Positions 1 through 10,548 of a stretch of 64,000 nt of DNA are shown here, one piece after another. The position numbers and the translations under genes are program-made. Under the pieces are notes generated by a model that was not told the DNA's origin, did no database searches, and was given only the letters and a program-made list of their open reading frames with translations. Position 1 is the stretch's first letter. Every line of letters starts with the position of its first letter. This stretch comes from an uncultured delta proteobacterium (GTDB lineage: Bacteria; Desulfobacterota; Syntrophia; Syntrophales; Smithellaceae), in NCBI GenBank assembly GCA_963753975.1, contig CAVWEH010000004.1:160001-224000 (forward strand), given 5' to 3'.

Positions 1-106
1 CTCTGGGCGGTACTCATCAATATGGGCAGAAAGCAAATACAGAAGTTATTGTAGAATCGGGCGTTGTTTAACCATCGTTTCGCCATCCGCCGGAAGAAAG
101 ACTGAT

Positions 107-277
107 ATGGCAGAAAGGCAAAAAACCGACTGCGGCGCCTGGGAGAAAGCATGTTCGACTTCACCTAAATCAATTGTCGTCCGGTCAAATCCGATACACA
201 AAAAAGTCACCAAATATGTCGCCGCGGCAAAAATGCTGGAACAAAAAGAAGAAGTAATCAAGGATTCCCTTTTTTAG
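107..277 (+). CDS. possible small hypothetical protein (56 aa)
   Basis: Open frame MAERQKTDCGAW...KDSLF read by hand; no recognisable motif. Confidence 0.25.
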   Translation: MAERQKTDCGAWEKACSTSPKSIVVRSNPIHKKVTKYVAAAKMLEQKEEVIKDSLF

Positions 278-324
278 ACAGCCGCCAAAGCGATGTCCTA
301 TTTCGGGATAGGAAAATAAGTGTT

Positions 325-1248
325 CTATTTTTTCAAATTTCTTATAAAATCCAAATAATACTCTGCCGTTTCTTTCGGTTTCTCAATTTGCGGTACGTGG
401 CCGCAATCTTTAACAATAATTGTTTTGTGTTTTTTTAAACCTCTTTCAAAAACCGGCACACTGGAAATATCGAGGATTTTATCCTGATCGCCCCACAGAA
501 TTAGAGCCGGCGCTTTTATTTTCGGCAGTTGTTTTTCGAGAGAAAGAAAGTCAGGACCAATTTCTTTCAGAGCTTTTTCATAAAAGGCACGATTATTTAT
601 AGCTTCTTTTACAAACATCTTTCTTAGCGGATAAGGCAAACTGGGCGGGTGAACAAAAAGTATTTTTGACAACCGGGATAGGTCATTTTCATCTCTTAAT
701 ATAAGAGGGTTTGCGCCCTTTTCCATCATCTTCTCGACATCACTTTTCTGTAATGATCGAACGCCTGCCGCGTCAAACAGGCCGACGCTGATAATTTCGT
801 CGGGATAGCGCACTGCATAGATTCCCGAAAAAAATCCTCCCATGGAATTACCGGCAATATGAAATTTTTTGAGATTAACAACTTGGACAAATTTATGTAA
901 ACGGGACATTTGGCTGGATAAATTGTAAGACGCATCCATTAGTTTGGAGCTCTCTCCGTAACCCGGAATATCCGGTATAACTACATGGTAATCTTTGGTC
1001 AAATAACCGGCAAATTGAAGCCAGTTGTCTTTTTCCCCGGTATAACCATGCAGAAGCAATATTGCCGGCCCTTTACCCCCTTCCAGGTAAACAATATTCT
1101 GGTCGTCTATTTTGACTTGCTTCTTGACGAGACCGGCCTTGCTTCTGGCCAGATCAAGCATGTACCCCGCTACTCGTTCGGGAAAAACGTAGTAACAGGC
1201 AACGGCAGCCATGATTATTATCAAGAAAGTAATTAGAATCTTTTTCAT
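325..1248 (-). CDS. alpha/beta hydrolase (lipase/esterase) with N-terminal membrane anchor
   Basis: LLHGY oxyanion segment, GNSMGG nucleophile elbow, WGDQD and CGHVP catalytic Asp/His. Confidence 0.9.
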   Translation of the reverse strand: MKKILITFLIIIMAAVACYYVFPERVAGYMLDLARSKAGLVKKQVKIDDQNIVYLEGGKGPAILLLHGYTGEKDNWLQFAGYLTKDYHVVIPDIPGYGESSKLMDASYNLSSQMSRLHKFVQVVNLKKFHIAGNSMGGFFSGIYAVRYPDEIISVGLFDAAGVRSLQKSDVEKMMEKGANPLILRDENDLSRLSKILFVHPPSLPYPLRKMFVKEAINNRAFYEKALKEIGPDFLSLEKQLPKIKAPALILWGDQDKILDISSVPVFERGLKKHKTIIVKDCGHVPQIEKPKETAEYYLDFIRNLKK

Positions 1249-1310
1249 ATTGACACCCTCCCTATTATCCTTATATAAAGTTCAATCGCTTATTACGCAT
1301 AACACTGATT

Positions 1311-1971
1311 ATGGATATAATCATTAATTTTATAGATTTTTTTATTCATCTTGACCGGTATCTACCTCTGATCATTGATAGCTTCGGCATCTGGGCTTAT
1401 GTTATCATATTTCTTGTTATTTTTTGCGAAACCGGCCTTGTAGTTACGCCCATTTTACCCGGCGATTCACTCTTGTTTGCTCTCGGAACTTTTGCCGCGC
1501 TCGGATCTTTGAATATTGAAGTTACTGTTGATTTTACTTTGCATCGCCGCCATTGCCGGAGATACCGTCAACTACACTATCGGCCATTTTATCGGACCGA
1601 AGGTTTTTCATTATGAAGACAGCCGTTTTTTCAAAAAAGAATATCTTCAGAAAACGCACGAATTTTATGAGAAGCATGGCGGAAAAACAATCATCATCGC
1701 CCAATTCATGCCCATTATCCGCACTTTTGCTCCTTTCGTGGCCGGTGTTGGTGCCATGAATTATTTTAAATTTATTTTGTTTAATATCACTGGTTGCATC
1801 TCGTGGGTTTGCTTATTCCTGCTGGGAGGTTATTTTTTCGGTAACATCCCGGCCGTAAAAAGCAATTTTACAGTAATAATTATCGCGATTGTTACTGTTT
1901 CCGTAACGCCGGGATTCATTGAATACTGGAGACAAAAACGTTATAATTCTCATAAGAAAGTTGGCACCTAA
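1311..1971 (+). CDS. dedA: DedA family membrane protein, split by a net +1 frameshift near 1518-1521
   Basis: FCETGLVVTPILPGDSLLF in ORF 1311..1616 continues as AAIAGDTVNY...FMPIIRTFAPFVAG in ORF 1516..1971; total span 661 = 3n+1. Confidence 0.85.
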
Positions 1972-1973
1972 TA

Positions 1974-2837
1974 ATGAAAAAAAATGTGAGCACAAAATTT
2001 ATTTATTTTACCATTTTTCTGACGACAATCTTTCTATCGACGTCTTCCGCAGAGGCAAATAACATAATAAAGATAGGCGGCGATGTGACCATAGAAGCGC
2101 AGCAAAAAGCAAACAATGTAGTTGTGGTCGGTGGCCAGATAACCGTTAACAGTCTTGTAGAAGGAAATGTGATCGCCGCTGTTGGATCGATTGTGCTTAC
2201 CAGCAAAGCTGTGGTGCGCGGCAATGTTATTTGCATTGGCGGAGTTGTTGCCCAAGGCAATGGATCGCAAGTTTACGGTGATATTACTGAAATAAATTCT
2301 TCCAATATATCCAGCGCCATTGCCGCCGTTCTGAGCGGAGACTGGGAAGGATGGCCTTTAATTATTAATTTTATTTATTTGTGTTTTTTGGCCCTTATGT
2401 TCATCATCGCCCTGCTCATGGCGATTTTAATACCACGTCCACTGATCGCCATCGCCAACATGATCCAAAACAATAAAACAAAATCTTTTTTTTGGGGATT
2501 TTTCGCGACCCTGATGATTCCTCCTTTTTTCTTTTTGCTGATAATTTCAATCATAGGCATTACTTTAATACCGTTGATATTTGCCGCTTTATTGCTGGCA
2601 TTCGTGTTAGGGTTTATTGGTGTAAGTGCGCTCATCGGCAATTTCATCCTAACAAAAATATTTCGAAAACATCAGAGATCTCTGGTGCTGGAAACCATTT
2701 TAGGATTAATTCTACTTTGGTCAATAGGTTGGCTGCCTTATATCGGCTGGATGGTAAAAATGATCGCTATCATGTTTGGTCTGGGTGGTGTTTTGCTCAT
2801 TCTCTTTAACCGCAAACATGAAAGTGCAACCCTATAG
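1974..2837 (+). CDS. membrane protein with N-terminal beta-helix (bactofilin/polymer-forming-like) repeats
   Basis: Signal peptide, GGDV/GNVI/GGVV repeats, then several TM helices. Confidence 0.65.
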   Translation: MKKNVSTKFIYFTIFLTTIFLSTSSAEANNIIKIGGDVTIEAQQKANNVVVVGGQITVNSLVEGNVIAAVGSIVLTSKAVVRGNVICIGGVVAQGNGSQVYGDITEINSSNISSAIAAVLSGDWEGWPLIINFIYLCFLALMFIIALLMAILIPRPLIAIANMIQNNKTKSFFWGFFATLMIPPFFFLLIISIIGITLIPLIFAALLLAFVLGFIGVSALIGNFILTKIFRKHQRSLVLETILGLILLWSIGWLPYIGWMVKMIAIMFGLGGVLLILFNRKHESATL

Positions 2838-3078
2838 AAATTCCTGAAGCTCCTGTTAAATCCGCTGCTTTGCCTACTTATCGGCCGCGCTCATTTAAGG
2901 TCTAAAAAATTGTCGTTTAATTTTCTTGACACATTAACTCCTTTTTCCTAATTAAAAGGAATATTAAACAAGTTCTTGTCCAAAACAGCCTCCTGCAGAT
3001 TTCTTTGTTATTGTTCTATAAAGTAAGACAAGAATTATAAAAAAATATAGCAAACCTCAAAAAAGCGAGATAGTACAA

Positions 3079-4521
3079 ATGACTATCAAAGCTGATCAAA
3101 AGCCAATAGAAATGGATGCCGATTTTCCGAAACCGCTTTATCAAAGGTACGTACAGGCAGCCTTTGTAAGGTCACTGGCCAGTTTTCTCATGTGGTTGTC
3201 TGCTTTGATAGTGTATTTTTTCGGCATTATTCATACCGATAATTTGGTTAGCGCCAGTATTGCCGTTTTATACCTCATCCTGGTAAACCCCCCTACTCTT
3301 TGGGTTCTGAAAAGAATTAAAAATGAAAATTTTGCCGAATATTTTGCTTATTTCATCAGCTTACTGGAAACCATCGGATTTACCGCCATTATCCATTCTT
3401 TCGGCGGCATCGAAGGCGCTTTCCTGATACCCATCTACGCAGCCGCTATAGCCTATGTAGGTCCTATGGAACCTCGTAAAACGCCTTTCATTATCGCCGG
3501 TTTTAGCAGCATTTGTTTCTGTCTTTTGATTATTTTAGAGCACTTAGGTATTGTTCAGACTTTGAAAATTAATCCTGATTATTATATGCCCTGGCGATAT
3601 CAGGTGGCAATAATGTTTGTCGAAGTACCTTTATTGTTTATTGTGGCGTTCATATCTTCCTATACGGCCCAACTTCTTAAGAATAACAGAGAGAAACTGC
3701 AACGGCAAAATGAAGAGCTTCGAGTGGCCTTAATTAAAGCGAGCGAATCCGACCGGCTTAAATCGGAATTCTTAGCCAATATATCCCATGAACTGAGAAC
3801 ACCGCTTCATGCCATTATCGGATTTTCGGATCTGCTCAACAACCATCACTTTGGTGAATTGAACGAAAAACAGAAGGATTCGGTAAAAGATATAAACACC
3901 AGCGGAAAGCACCTGCTTTCCATCATTAACGATCTACTTGATCTCAGCAAAATGGAAGCGGGCAAAATGGACTTGGATATATCGGAAATCAACTTGAAAA
4001 TGCTTTTAGAAAACAGTTTGAACATTTTCGGAAAGCTGGCTCACGGGCGTGGAAATCAATTATTGCCGGATATCGATGATTGTCCTGAAACGATGCAGGC
4101 TGATGAACGAATGGTCAGACAAATCATTTACAATCTCCTTTCCAACGCAATTAAATTCACTCCGGAGGGAGGATCAATCAAGTTGTCGGCGCACCATCTG
4201 ACCCGCGCAAACAACCACTGGTTAACAAAAAAGGGGGAAATAGTATTTTTACCAGTCATTAATGGATATGAAATGACGAAGCATAAACAATTGGTTAAAG
4301 TTTCCGTATCAGATAACGGCATCGGTCTGAAGAAGGAAGATATGAAACTGATATTCAAACCTTTTGTACAAGTTGACGGATCTAAAAGTCGCCGGTATCA
4401 GGGTACGGGGCTGGGCCTGTCCTTAACCAAGCAGTTTGTGGAACTCCACAAGGGAAGTATCTGGGTACAGAGCGAGGGGGAAGACAAGGGATGCACTTTT
4501 CACTTTGTGATTCCAGTCTAG
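3079..4521 (+). CDS. membrane-bound sensor histidine kinase
   Basis: TM N-terminus; SHELRTPL H-box, NLLSNAIKFT N-box, DNGIG and GTGLGL G-boxes. Confidence 0.93.
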   Translation: MTIKADQKPIEMDADFPKPLYQRYVQAAFVRSLASFLMWLSALIVYFFGIIHTDNLVSASIAVLYLILVNPPTLWVLKRIKNENFAEYFAYFISLLETIGFTAIIHSFGGIEGAFLIPIYAAAIAYVGPMEPRKTPFIIAGFSSICFCLLIILEHLGIVQTLKINPDYYMPWRYQVAIMFVEVPLLFIVAFISSYTAQLLKNNREKLQRQNEELRVALIKASESDRLKSEFLANISHELRTPLHAIIGFSDLLNNHHFGELNEKQKDSVKDINTSGKHLLSIINDLLDLSKMEAGKMDLDISEINLKMLLENSLNIFGKLAHGRGNQLLPDIDDCPETMQADERMVRQIIYNLLSNAIKFTPEGGSIKLSAHHLTRANNHWLTKKGEIVFLPVINGYEMTKHKQLVKVSVSDNGIGLKKEDMKLIFKPFVQVDGSKSRRYQGTGLGLSLTKQFVELHKGSIWVQSEGEDKGCTFHFVIPV

Positions 4522-4594
4522 ATTCGGAAATATAATCCCTGTAATTTCCCGTCATTCAGCTATGGACAAAAAAATCTCAAGAAAGGGGCTTATC

Positions 4595-4981
4595 ATGGAA
4601 GATAAAACTATTTTAGTAGTCGAAGATAATGAAATCAATATGAAGCTTATCAGGGCATTCCTCCAGATAGGCAAGTATCATATATTGGAGGCCAGGGATG
4701 CCGAAACCGGCATTCGCCTGGTAAGAGAACAACGTCCCGATCTCATTTTGATGGATATACAGTTGCCGGGCATAGATGGATTGAGCGCGGCCCATCTCAT
4801 TAAGGCTGATCCGGATTTAAAGAAAATTCCTATTATTGCCGTAACGGGCAATGCCACACAGATGGACAAAGAAGAAGCTCTGAATATCGGGTTTGCCGGC
4901 TATCTCCTGAAACCGTTCTCCATTGAAGTTTTTTTAGAAACAATTTCCGATTTCTTCAAAAGTCAACAGACTGAAAAATAA
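4595..4981 (+). CDS. single-domain response regulator (DivK/CheY-like)
   Basis: ILVVEDN, LILMDIQLPGIDG, KPF motifs; follows the kinase; start placed at MEDK behind AAGGGG. Confidence 0.9.
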   Translation: MEDKTILVVEDNEINMKLIRAFLQIGKYHILEARDAETGIRLVREQRPDLILMDIQLPGIDGLSAAHLIKADPDLKKIPIIAVTGNATQMDKEEALNIGFAGYLLKPFSIEVFLETISDFFKSQQTEK

Positions 4982-5115
4982 TGCCGCAGGCAGTCAAAAA
5001 ATTCTCAAAGATTAATCAACCCCGCCGTCGCATGTATATAAAACAGCCGTTCTCTAAGAAATTCTCACTAAGCTATGCAGCCTTCCTTATTACACATATT
5101 TTTAACGCTATTGCT

Positions 5116-6303
5116 TTATGATAAAGCAATTATAACCTGGTTGCGGCCTTTTCTTTTCGCTTCATACATGGCATCATCCGCCCGCTTTAGCAAAGTCTCC
5201 AGCTGATTTTCATCAGGTAATAATTCCGCGACACCGATACTGACTGTAATATGAAGTATTTTATTATCTGCTTCAATATTAGTCTTTGCTATGGCTGAAA
5301 GCAGGCGTTCAGCGATTATTCCACCCCCGACAATATCTGTTTCCGGCAGGAGAATAGCAAACTCTTCTCCTCCCAGACGGCCGAAAATATCAATATTGCG
5401 CAAAAGATCTTTACAAGTCACAGCAAGTTCCATCAATGCCTTATCGCCTATTGCATGACCATAGGTATCATTAATCTTTTTGAAATGATCAAGGTCGACC
5501 ATGAGCACCGCAAGAGGGCGATTATATCTGTGCGCTCGCTGAATTTCGCTTTCGCCGGCTTCAAAGAAGAATCTGTTATTGGCAATGCCGGTGAGGAAAT
5601 CGATCTTAGCCATTCGTTCTAACTCTATCTGGGCACTTTTTAAATCAGACTCCAGGCGCTCGCTGTTCAATATAACAAAACCGAAAGTCCAGGCGATGCC
5701 GAGAAAAATAGCCAGCAGGAATGTGATCGATTGAAGCATATTGGGTGCGAACAAATCTTGTGGAGCGGGAAAAAGTTCAGTGAGGAGACCACGGGCAAAC
5801 ATGAAAATGCTGTACACGGCAAATAGACCTCCGGTAAACCAGTTACCGAACCGTAAATCCAACGGCACATTGCGGAGCAATTCCAACGCCACCAGAGAAT
5901 AAATAACCGCCAGAAGAAATGACATGATAGCAATACGTATACTAACATCATTAATCATGAAGGTAAAATATGATTGAAAGACAGCATAAACAAGTATAAC
6001 AGAAGCATTTAAAATTTCCCGAGAGGCTCTTCCGCGAAAGAGCCTTGTGCCTTCGAGAAAACATATTGCGGCGGTTAGAAGCAAGACATTAGCCAGAACG
6101 ATGGTGAAGATATCCGGGAGCTGATCACGCAGCGAAATGAAAAAAAATCCCACGGCAAATGTTGTGCTGCCTGCCGTCCACAATCCAAAACCGGGATAAG
6201 TCTTGCGAGTGAGATAAATCAGGATCATGGTTATGCTGAGAACGATCGTAACCGCCATCAACATTATGGTGAGGGTCAATGTATCTAAAGAAAATGATGG
6301 CAT
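5116..6303 (-). CDS. membrane-anchored diguanylate cyclase
   Basis: Multiple TM helices; DLDHFKKINDTYGH and RLGGEEF motifs. Confidence 0.92.
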   Translation of the reverse strand: MPSFSLDTLTLTIMLMAVTIVLSITMILIYLTRKTYPGFGLWTAGSTTFAVGFFFISLRDQLPDIFTIVLANVLLLTAAICFLEGTRLFRGRASREILNASVILVYAVFQSYFTFMINDVSIRIAIMSFLLAVIYSLVALELLRNVPLDLRFGNWFTGGLFAVYSIFMFARGLLTELFPAPQDLFAPNMLQSITFLLAIFLGIAWTFGFVILNSERLESDLKSAQIELERMAKIDFLTGIANNRFFFEAGESEIQRAHRYNRPLAVLMVDLDHFKKINDTYGHAIGDKALMELAVTCKDLLRNIDIFGRLGGEEFAILLPETDIVGGGIIAERLLSAIAKTNIEADNKILHITVSIGVAELLPDENQLETLLKRADDAMYEAKRKGRNQVIIALS

Positions 6304-6419
6304 ATAAACTTCTCCTTAAAAAAATTCCGCTTCCTCTCACTGCAACAAACATGTCGGCAGGATTTATGTACCGATAATATCCAGGTTACCGATTTTTTCT
6401 ATTATAAATAATTATCAGT

Positions 6420-7196
6420 TTAAATCCACGTGGAAGAAAGCACCTCACCGCGCGTACCGACAATAACGGCTTTTAGCGGAACTTTTCGTTTCGCCGACGA
6501 GAGTGCGCTTTGAGCAATTTGCAGAAGGCCGCGGCAGCAGGGAACTTCCATCATCATCACGGTCAGCGTATTTATTTTGGCTTCATCGGCCATTCTACGT
6601 ATTTTTTCTACATAGATATCCTGCCCTTCATCAAGTTTCGGGCAAGCAATCGCCAGGCTCTTGTCTTTCAGAAATTTTTCATGAAAATCAGGAAGAGAAT
6701 AAGCGACACAATCGGCGGCAAGCACAACATCTTTGCCGCGAAAAAACTCAGCGGCCGGATTAACCAGATGGAGCTGAATCGGCCAGTGAGTAAGTTCGGA
6801 TTGTCGAATATTTTCCCCAACGGGGCTTGCCGGGCTTTGAGCTTTTCTCTCGAATGTTGCGTGCGCCGATCCCGGACAACCCTGCGGCACCTGACCTATT
6901 ATATTCAGATTATGCGGAGCCGATCTGCCGCCATGAATATTTTCTGCCGTCTTCCCCTTGCGGGCAATATTTTCCTTTACGGCCTTTTCATCGAACAGGC
7001 TCGCTTCCCGCTCTTCAATGGAAAGAGCCCCTTCCGGACATTCACCAAGACAGGCGCCCAGTCCGTCGCAAAAAACATCGCTGACGAGTTTTGCTTTACC
7101 GTCAATAATCTTTATTGCCTCTTCCTGACAATTCGGCACGCATAAGCCGCAGCCAGTGCATTTTTCCTCATCAATCTTGATTATCTTTCGCTTCAT
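6420..7196 (-). CDS. 4Fe-4S ferredoxin-domain protein
   Basis: CTGCGLCVPNC and CDGLGACLGECP; conserved WPIQL, ACPKLD, MEVPCC. Confidence 0.88.
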   Translation of the reverse strand: MKRKIIKIDEEKCTGCGLCVPNCQEEAIKIIDGKAKLVSDVFCDGLGACLGECPEGALSIEEREASLFDEKAVKENIARKGKTAENIHGGRSAPHNLNIIGQVPQGCPGSAHATFERKAQSPASPVGENIRQSELTHWPIQLHLVNPAAEFFRGKDVVLAADCVAYSLPDFHEKFLKDKSLAIACPKLDEGQDIYVEKIRRMADEAKINTLTVMMMEVPCCRGLLQIAQSALSSAKRKVPLKAVIVGTRGEVLSSTWI

Positions 7197-7239
7197 AAAA
7201 TCGCTCTCCCGTTTTCAAACCTGCACTTTAGGGAATCAA

Positions 7240-7359
7240 GCAAGCTGTAGTCATCAGGATACCGCGACGGCAAGGAGGAGGCTCCGCAGGCGTATTTAAA
7301 AATACGTTGAGGAAGCCGACGACGCTGCCAACAAATGTAGCCGTATGAATACAGTTTGC
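7240..7359 (+). repeat. palindromic intergenic repeat, family A copy 1
   Basis: Core GGCAAGGAGGAGGC..GCGTA..TACGTTGAGGAAGCCGACGACGCTGCCAACA shared with 15234-15336 and 54752-54870; imperfect terminal inverted repeats. Confidence 0.85.
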
Positions 7360-7361
7360 GT

Positions 7362-8333
<972 letters not shown>

Positions 8334-8438
8334 TTACTACAATAAAACTCAATTTTAGACAATCGTCAAACATTTTTTTCCCTGTTGCAAAAGTGAACAC
8401 TCTAGAGTAAAAAATGAAACAATAATCGGAGAAAGAAA

Positions 8439-9788
8439 ATGAAAAAACTCTTCGGCACCGACGGCATTCGTGGAATCGCCAATGAATATCCGATGACGGC
8501 GGAGATCGCCTTAAACATCGGCCGGGCGTTGGCTTATCTATCCAAAAGAGAAGGCCATTCACCGCGGATTATCATCGGCAAAGACACCCGCCTCTCCGGA
8601 GATATGTTTGAAGAAGCGATTATTGCCGGTATTTGTTCGATGGGTGTCGATGCTATTTCCGCAGGCATCATCCCCACACCGGGAATAGCTTTTTTGACCA
8701 AGAGCATGCGGGCGGACGCGGGCATTATGATTTCCGCCTCGCACAATCCCATGCAGGATAACGGCATAAAATTTTTCAACAGTGATGGTTTCAAACTCGC
8801 TGATGAAAAGGAAAATCAAATCGAAGAATTAGTCTTTGCAAATACTATGCACAAACTCCACCCCGCTCCCAAGGAGCTGGGTAAATTATCCAGGATGGAT
8901 GACGCCACAGGGCGCTATGTGGACTTTGTTAAGCAGACCTTCCCACAGGAACTGAATCCGGAAGGAATGAAAATCCTTCTGGATTGCGCAAATGGCGCAA
9001 CCTATCGTGTTGCTCCTGCCGTTTTTGCGGAGCTGGGCATTGAGGTGATAACGCTATTCGATCAACCCGATGGCAAAAATATCAATCTTAATTGCGGCTC
9101 ACAACATACCGAAGCACTGGCCCGCGAAGTGTTGCGGCAAAAAGCCGATGCAGGCTTTGCCTTTGACGGAGATGGTGACCGGGTGATTGCCGTGGACGAC
9201 AAAGGCAATGTTCTTGCCGGTGATAGAATTCTGGCCATCTGCTCTGCCATTCTGAAAAGAGAACGCAGCCTGAAAAACAATTTAGTTGTCCGCACGGTCA
9301 TGAGTAATCTGGGGCTATCCGTCGCCTTTAAAGAACTGGGTATTGATTCCGTATTTACTCAGGTTGGTGACCGCTTTGTTCTGGAAGAAATGCTGGCAAA
9401 GGGCGCCGTCATCGGCGGTGAAGATTCCGGCCATTTAATTTTTTTACAGCATCACACGACCGGCGACGGCTTGATTACCGCCTTACAACTATTGGCCGCC
9501 ATGAAAAAAGGAGGCAAATCGCTCTCCAAGCTCGCCTCCATCATGACAGTATTTCCGCAATTGCTCATCAATGTTGACGTAAAAAAGAAACCCAAAATTG
9601 AGTCCGTGCCTGAAATCATGGTCGCCATCAAACAAGTTGAAGATAAACTGGGCGAGAAGGGCCGCGTACTCGTGCGCTACTCCGGCACTCAGAACATGTG
9701 CCGGGTCATGGTCGAAGGCCCGACTAAAGAAGAAACCGAAACCTACTGCCGCCAAATCGCGGATGTTGTAGGAAAGATGCTGGCCTAA
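8439..9788 (+). CDS. glmM: phosphoglucosamine mutase
   Basis: LFGTDGIRG, ISASHNP, DGDGDR, GGEDSGH, RYSGTQ. Confidence 0.95.
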   Translation: MKKLFGTDGIRGIANEYPMTAEIALNIGRALAYLSKREGHSPRIIIGKDTRLSGDMFEEAIIAGICSMGVDAISAGIIPTPGIAFLTKSMRADAGIMISASHNPMQDNGIKFFNSDGFKLADEKENQIEELVFANTMHKLHPAPKELGKLSRMDDATGRYVDFVKQTFPQELNPEGMKILLDCANGATYRVAPAVFAELGIEVITLFDQPDGKNINLNCGSQHTEALAREVLRQKADAGFAFDGDGDRVIAVDDKGNVLAGDRILAICSAILKRERSLKNNLVVRTVMSNLGLSVAFKELGIDSVFTQVGDRFVLEEMLAKGAVIGGEDSGHLIFLQHHTTGDGLITALQLLAAMKKGGKSLSKLASIMTVFPQLLINVDVKKKPKIESVPEIMVAIKQVEDKLGEKGRVLVRYSGTQNMCRVMVEGPTKEETETYCRQIADVVGKMLA

Positions 9789-9826
9789 ATGGGAACAGGT
9801 GAGTTCATAAGCGCCTTGCAGGCCTG

Positions 9827-10001
9827 TGCCCAAAAATCCTTTTCGCTGCCGGAAAGCGTTTTGGATAAATCTAAGACTTGCTTCAGGCGATTACAAAACT
9901 CGCCTGCGGCTCAAACACTTGTAACCACCTATCTTACGCTTCGCCAAGCTTTATTAGCCAAAACGCTTTCAATGACCGCGCAAATGGATATTTTTTGGGC
10001 A
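9827..10001. repeat. palindromic MITE/REP-like element, family B copy 1
   Basis: TGCCCAAAAA...TTTTTGGGCA ends; inner GAAAGCGTTTTGG / CCAAAACGCTTTC arms; central AACTCGCCTGCGGCTCAAACA. Confidence 0.75.
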
Positions 10002-10087
10002 ACACCAGTTAACAATTGTAATTATAAGGAAGATACGGAACCGTCTTATATAGAAAGTACAACAATGATGGAAAAAACAGATGGGAG

Positions 10088-10344
10088 TTGAAGTTTGAAG
10101 AGTATCGAGAATATCTTCCGCAAGAGGCAATCCGACTCGTGAGTTATATTCGATTATACCGACGACTCCATGAGCTTAGGAGTGAAAGACTCAGTGAAAT
10201 GAATATGGCTCCAGCCTTTTTTCAGGTTGTCATAGATGCATTATTCTCGGTGATAATGATGGCAGCCAGCACGTATTAGAGTCATTAAATGTCACTGACA
10301 TTGGACGTTTATTGAACCGCCTGCATAACGCTAAGAAAACGTGA
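10088..10344 (+). pseudogene. internally deleted remnant, possibly AbiU2-like HEPN protein
   Basis: N-terminal part ...EMNMAPAFFQVVIDALFS; a different frame gives DGSQHVLESLNVTDIGRLLNRLH...TGA; family call from memory of the motif only. Confidence 0.4.
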
Positions 10345-10355
10345 CAAATAACCTG

Positions 10356-10528
10356 GTTGAACTGGGGCATACAATAAGCGACTATGCCCGAAACGTCATG
10401 GCTCTAGGCGAAATGAAGCATCAGACAGCCGGAGTGTTTAAGCCCGGCAGGGTGAGTTTCCGGCTGTCGCGTAATAAGCCGTAGAGCCACAGTTGAGGGG
10501 ATTCGGAGCGTTTGGATGCCCCTTCAAC
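10356..10528. repeat. palindromic MITE/REP-like element, family B copy 2
   Basis: GTTGAA..GGGGCAT / ATGCCCCTTCAAC ends; TGGCTCTA/TAGAGCCA and GACAGCCGGA/TCCGGCTGTC arms; minus strand has AACTCACCCTGCCGGGCTTAAACA. Confidence 0.75.
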
Positions 10529-10548
10529 TGTCTTTCATCCATACTCAA

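Noticed and set aside
6503..7145. Long antisense ORFs here and at 21320-22102 and 27159-27746
   Set aside because: They shadow well-supported genes on the opposite strand and have no motifs.
9789..10091. 100-aa ORF directly after glmM
   Set aside because: It runs through a palindromic repeat element and has no protein-like motif; likely incidental.
10346..10362. AAATAAC after the remnant ORF as a solitary attC start
   Set aside because: The following bases belong to the family-B repeat arm; there is no matching L' or R'.
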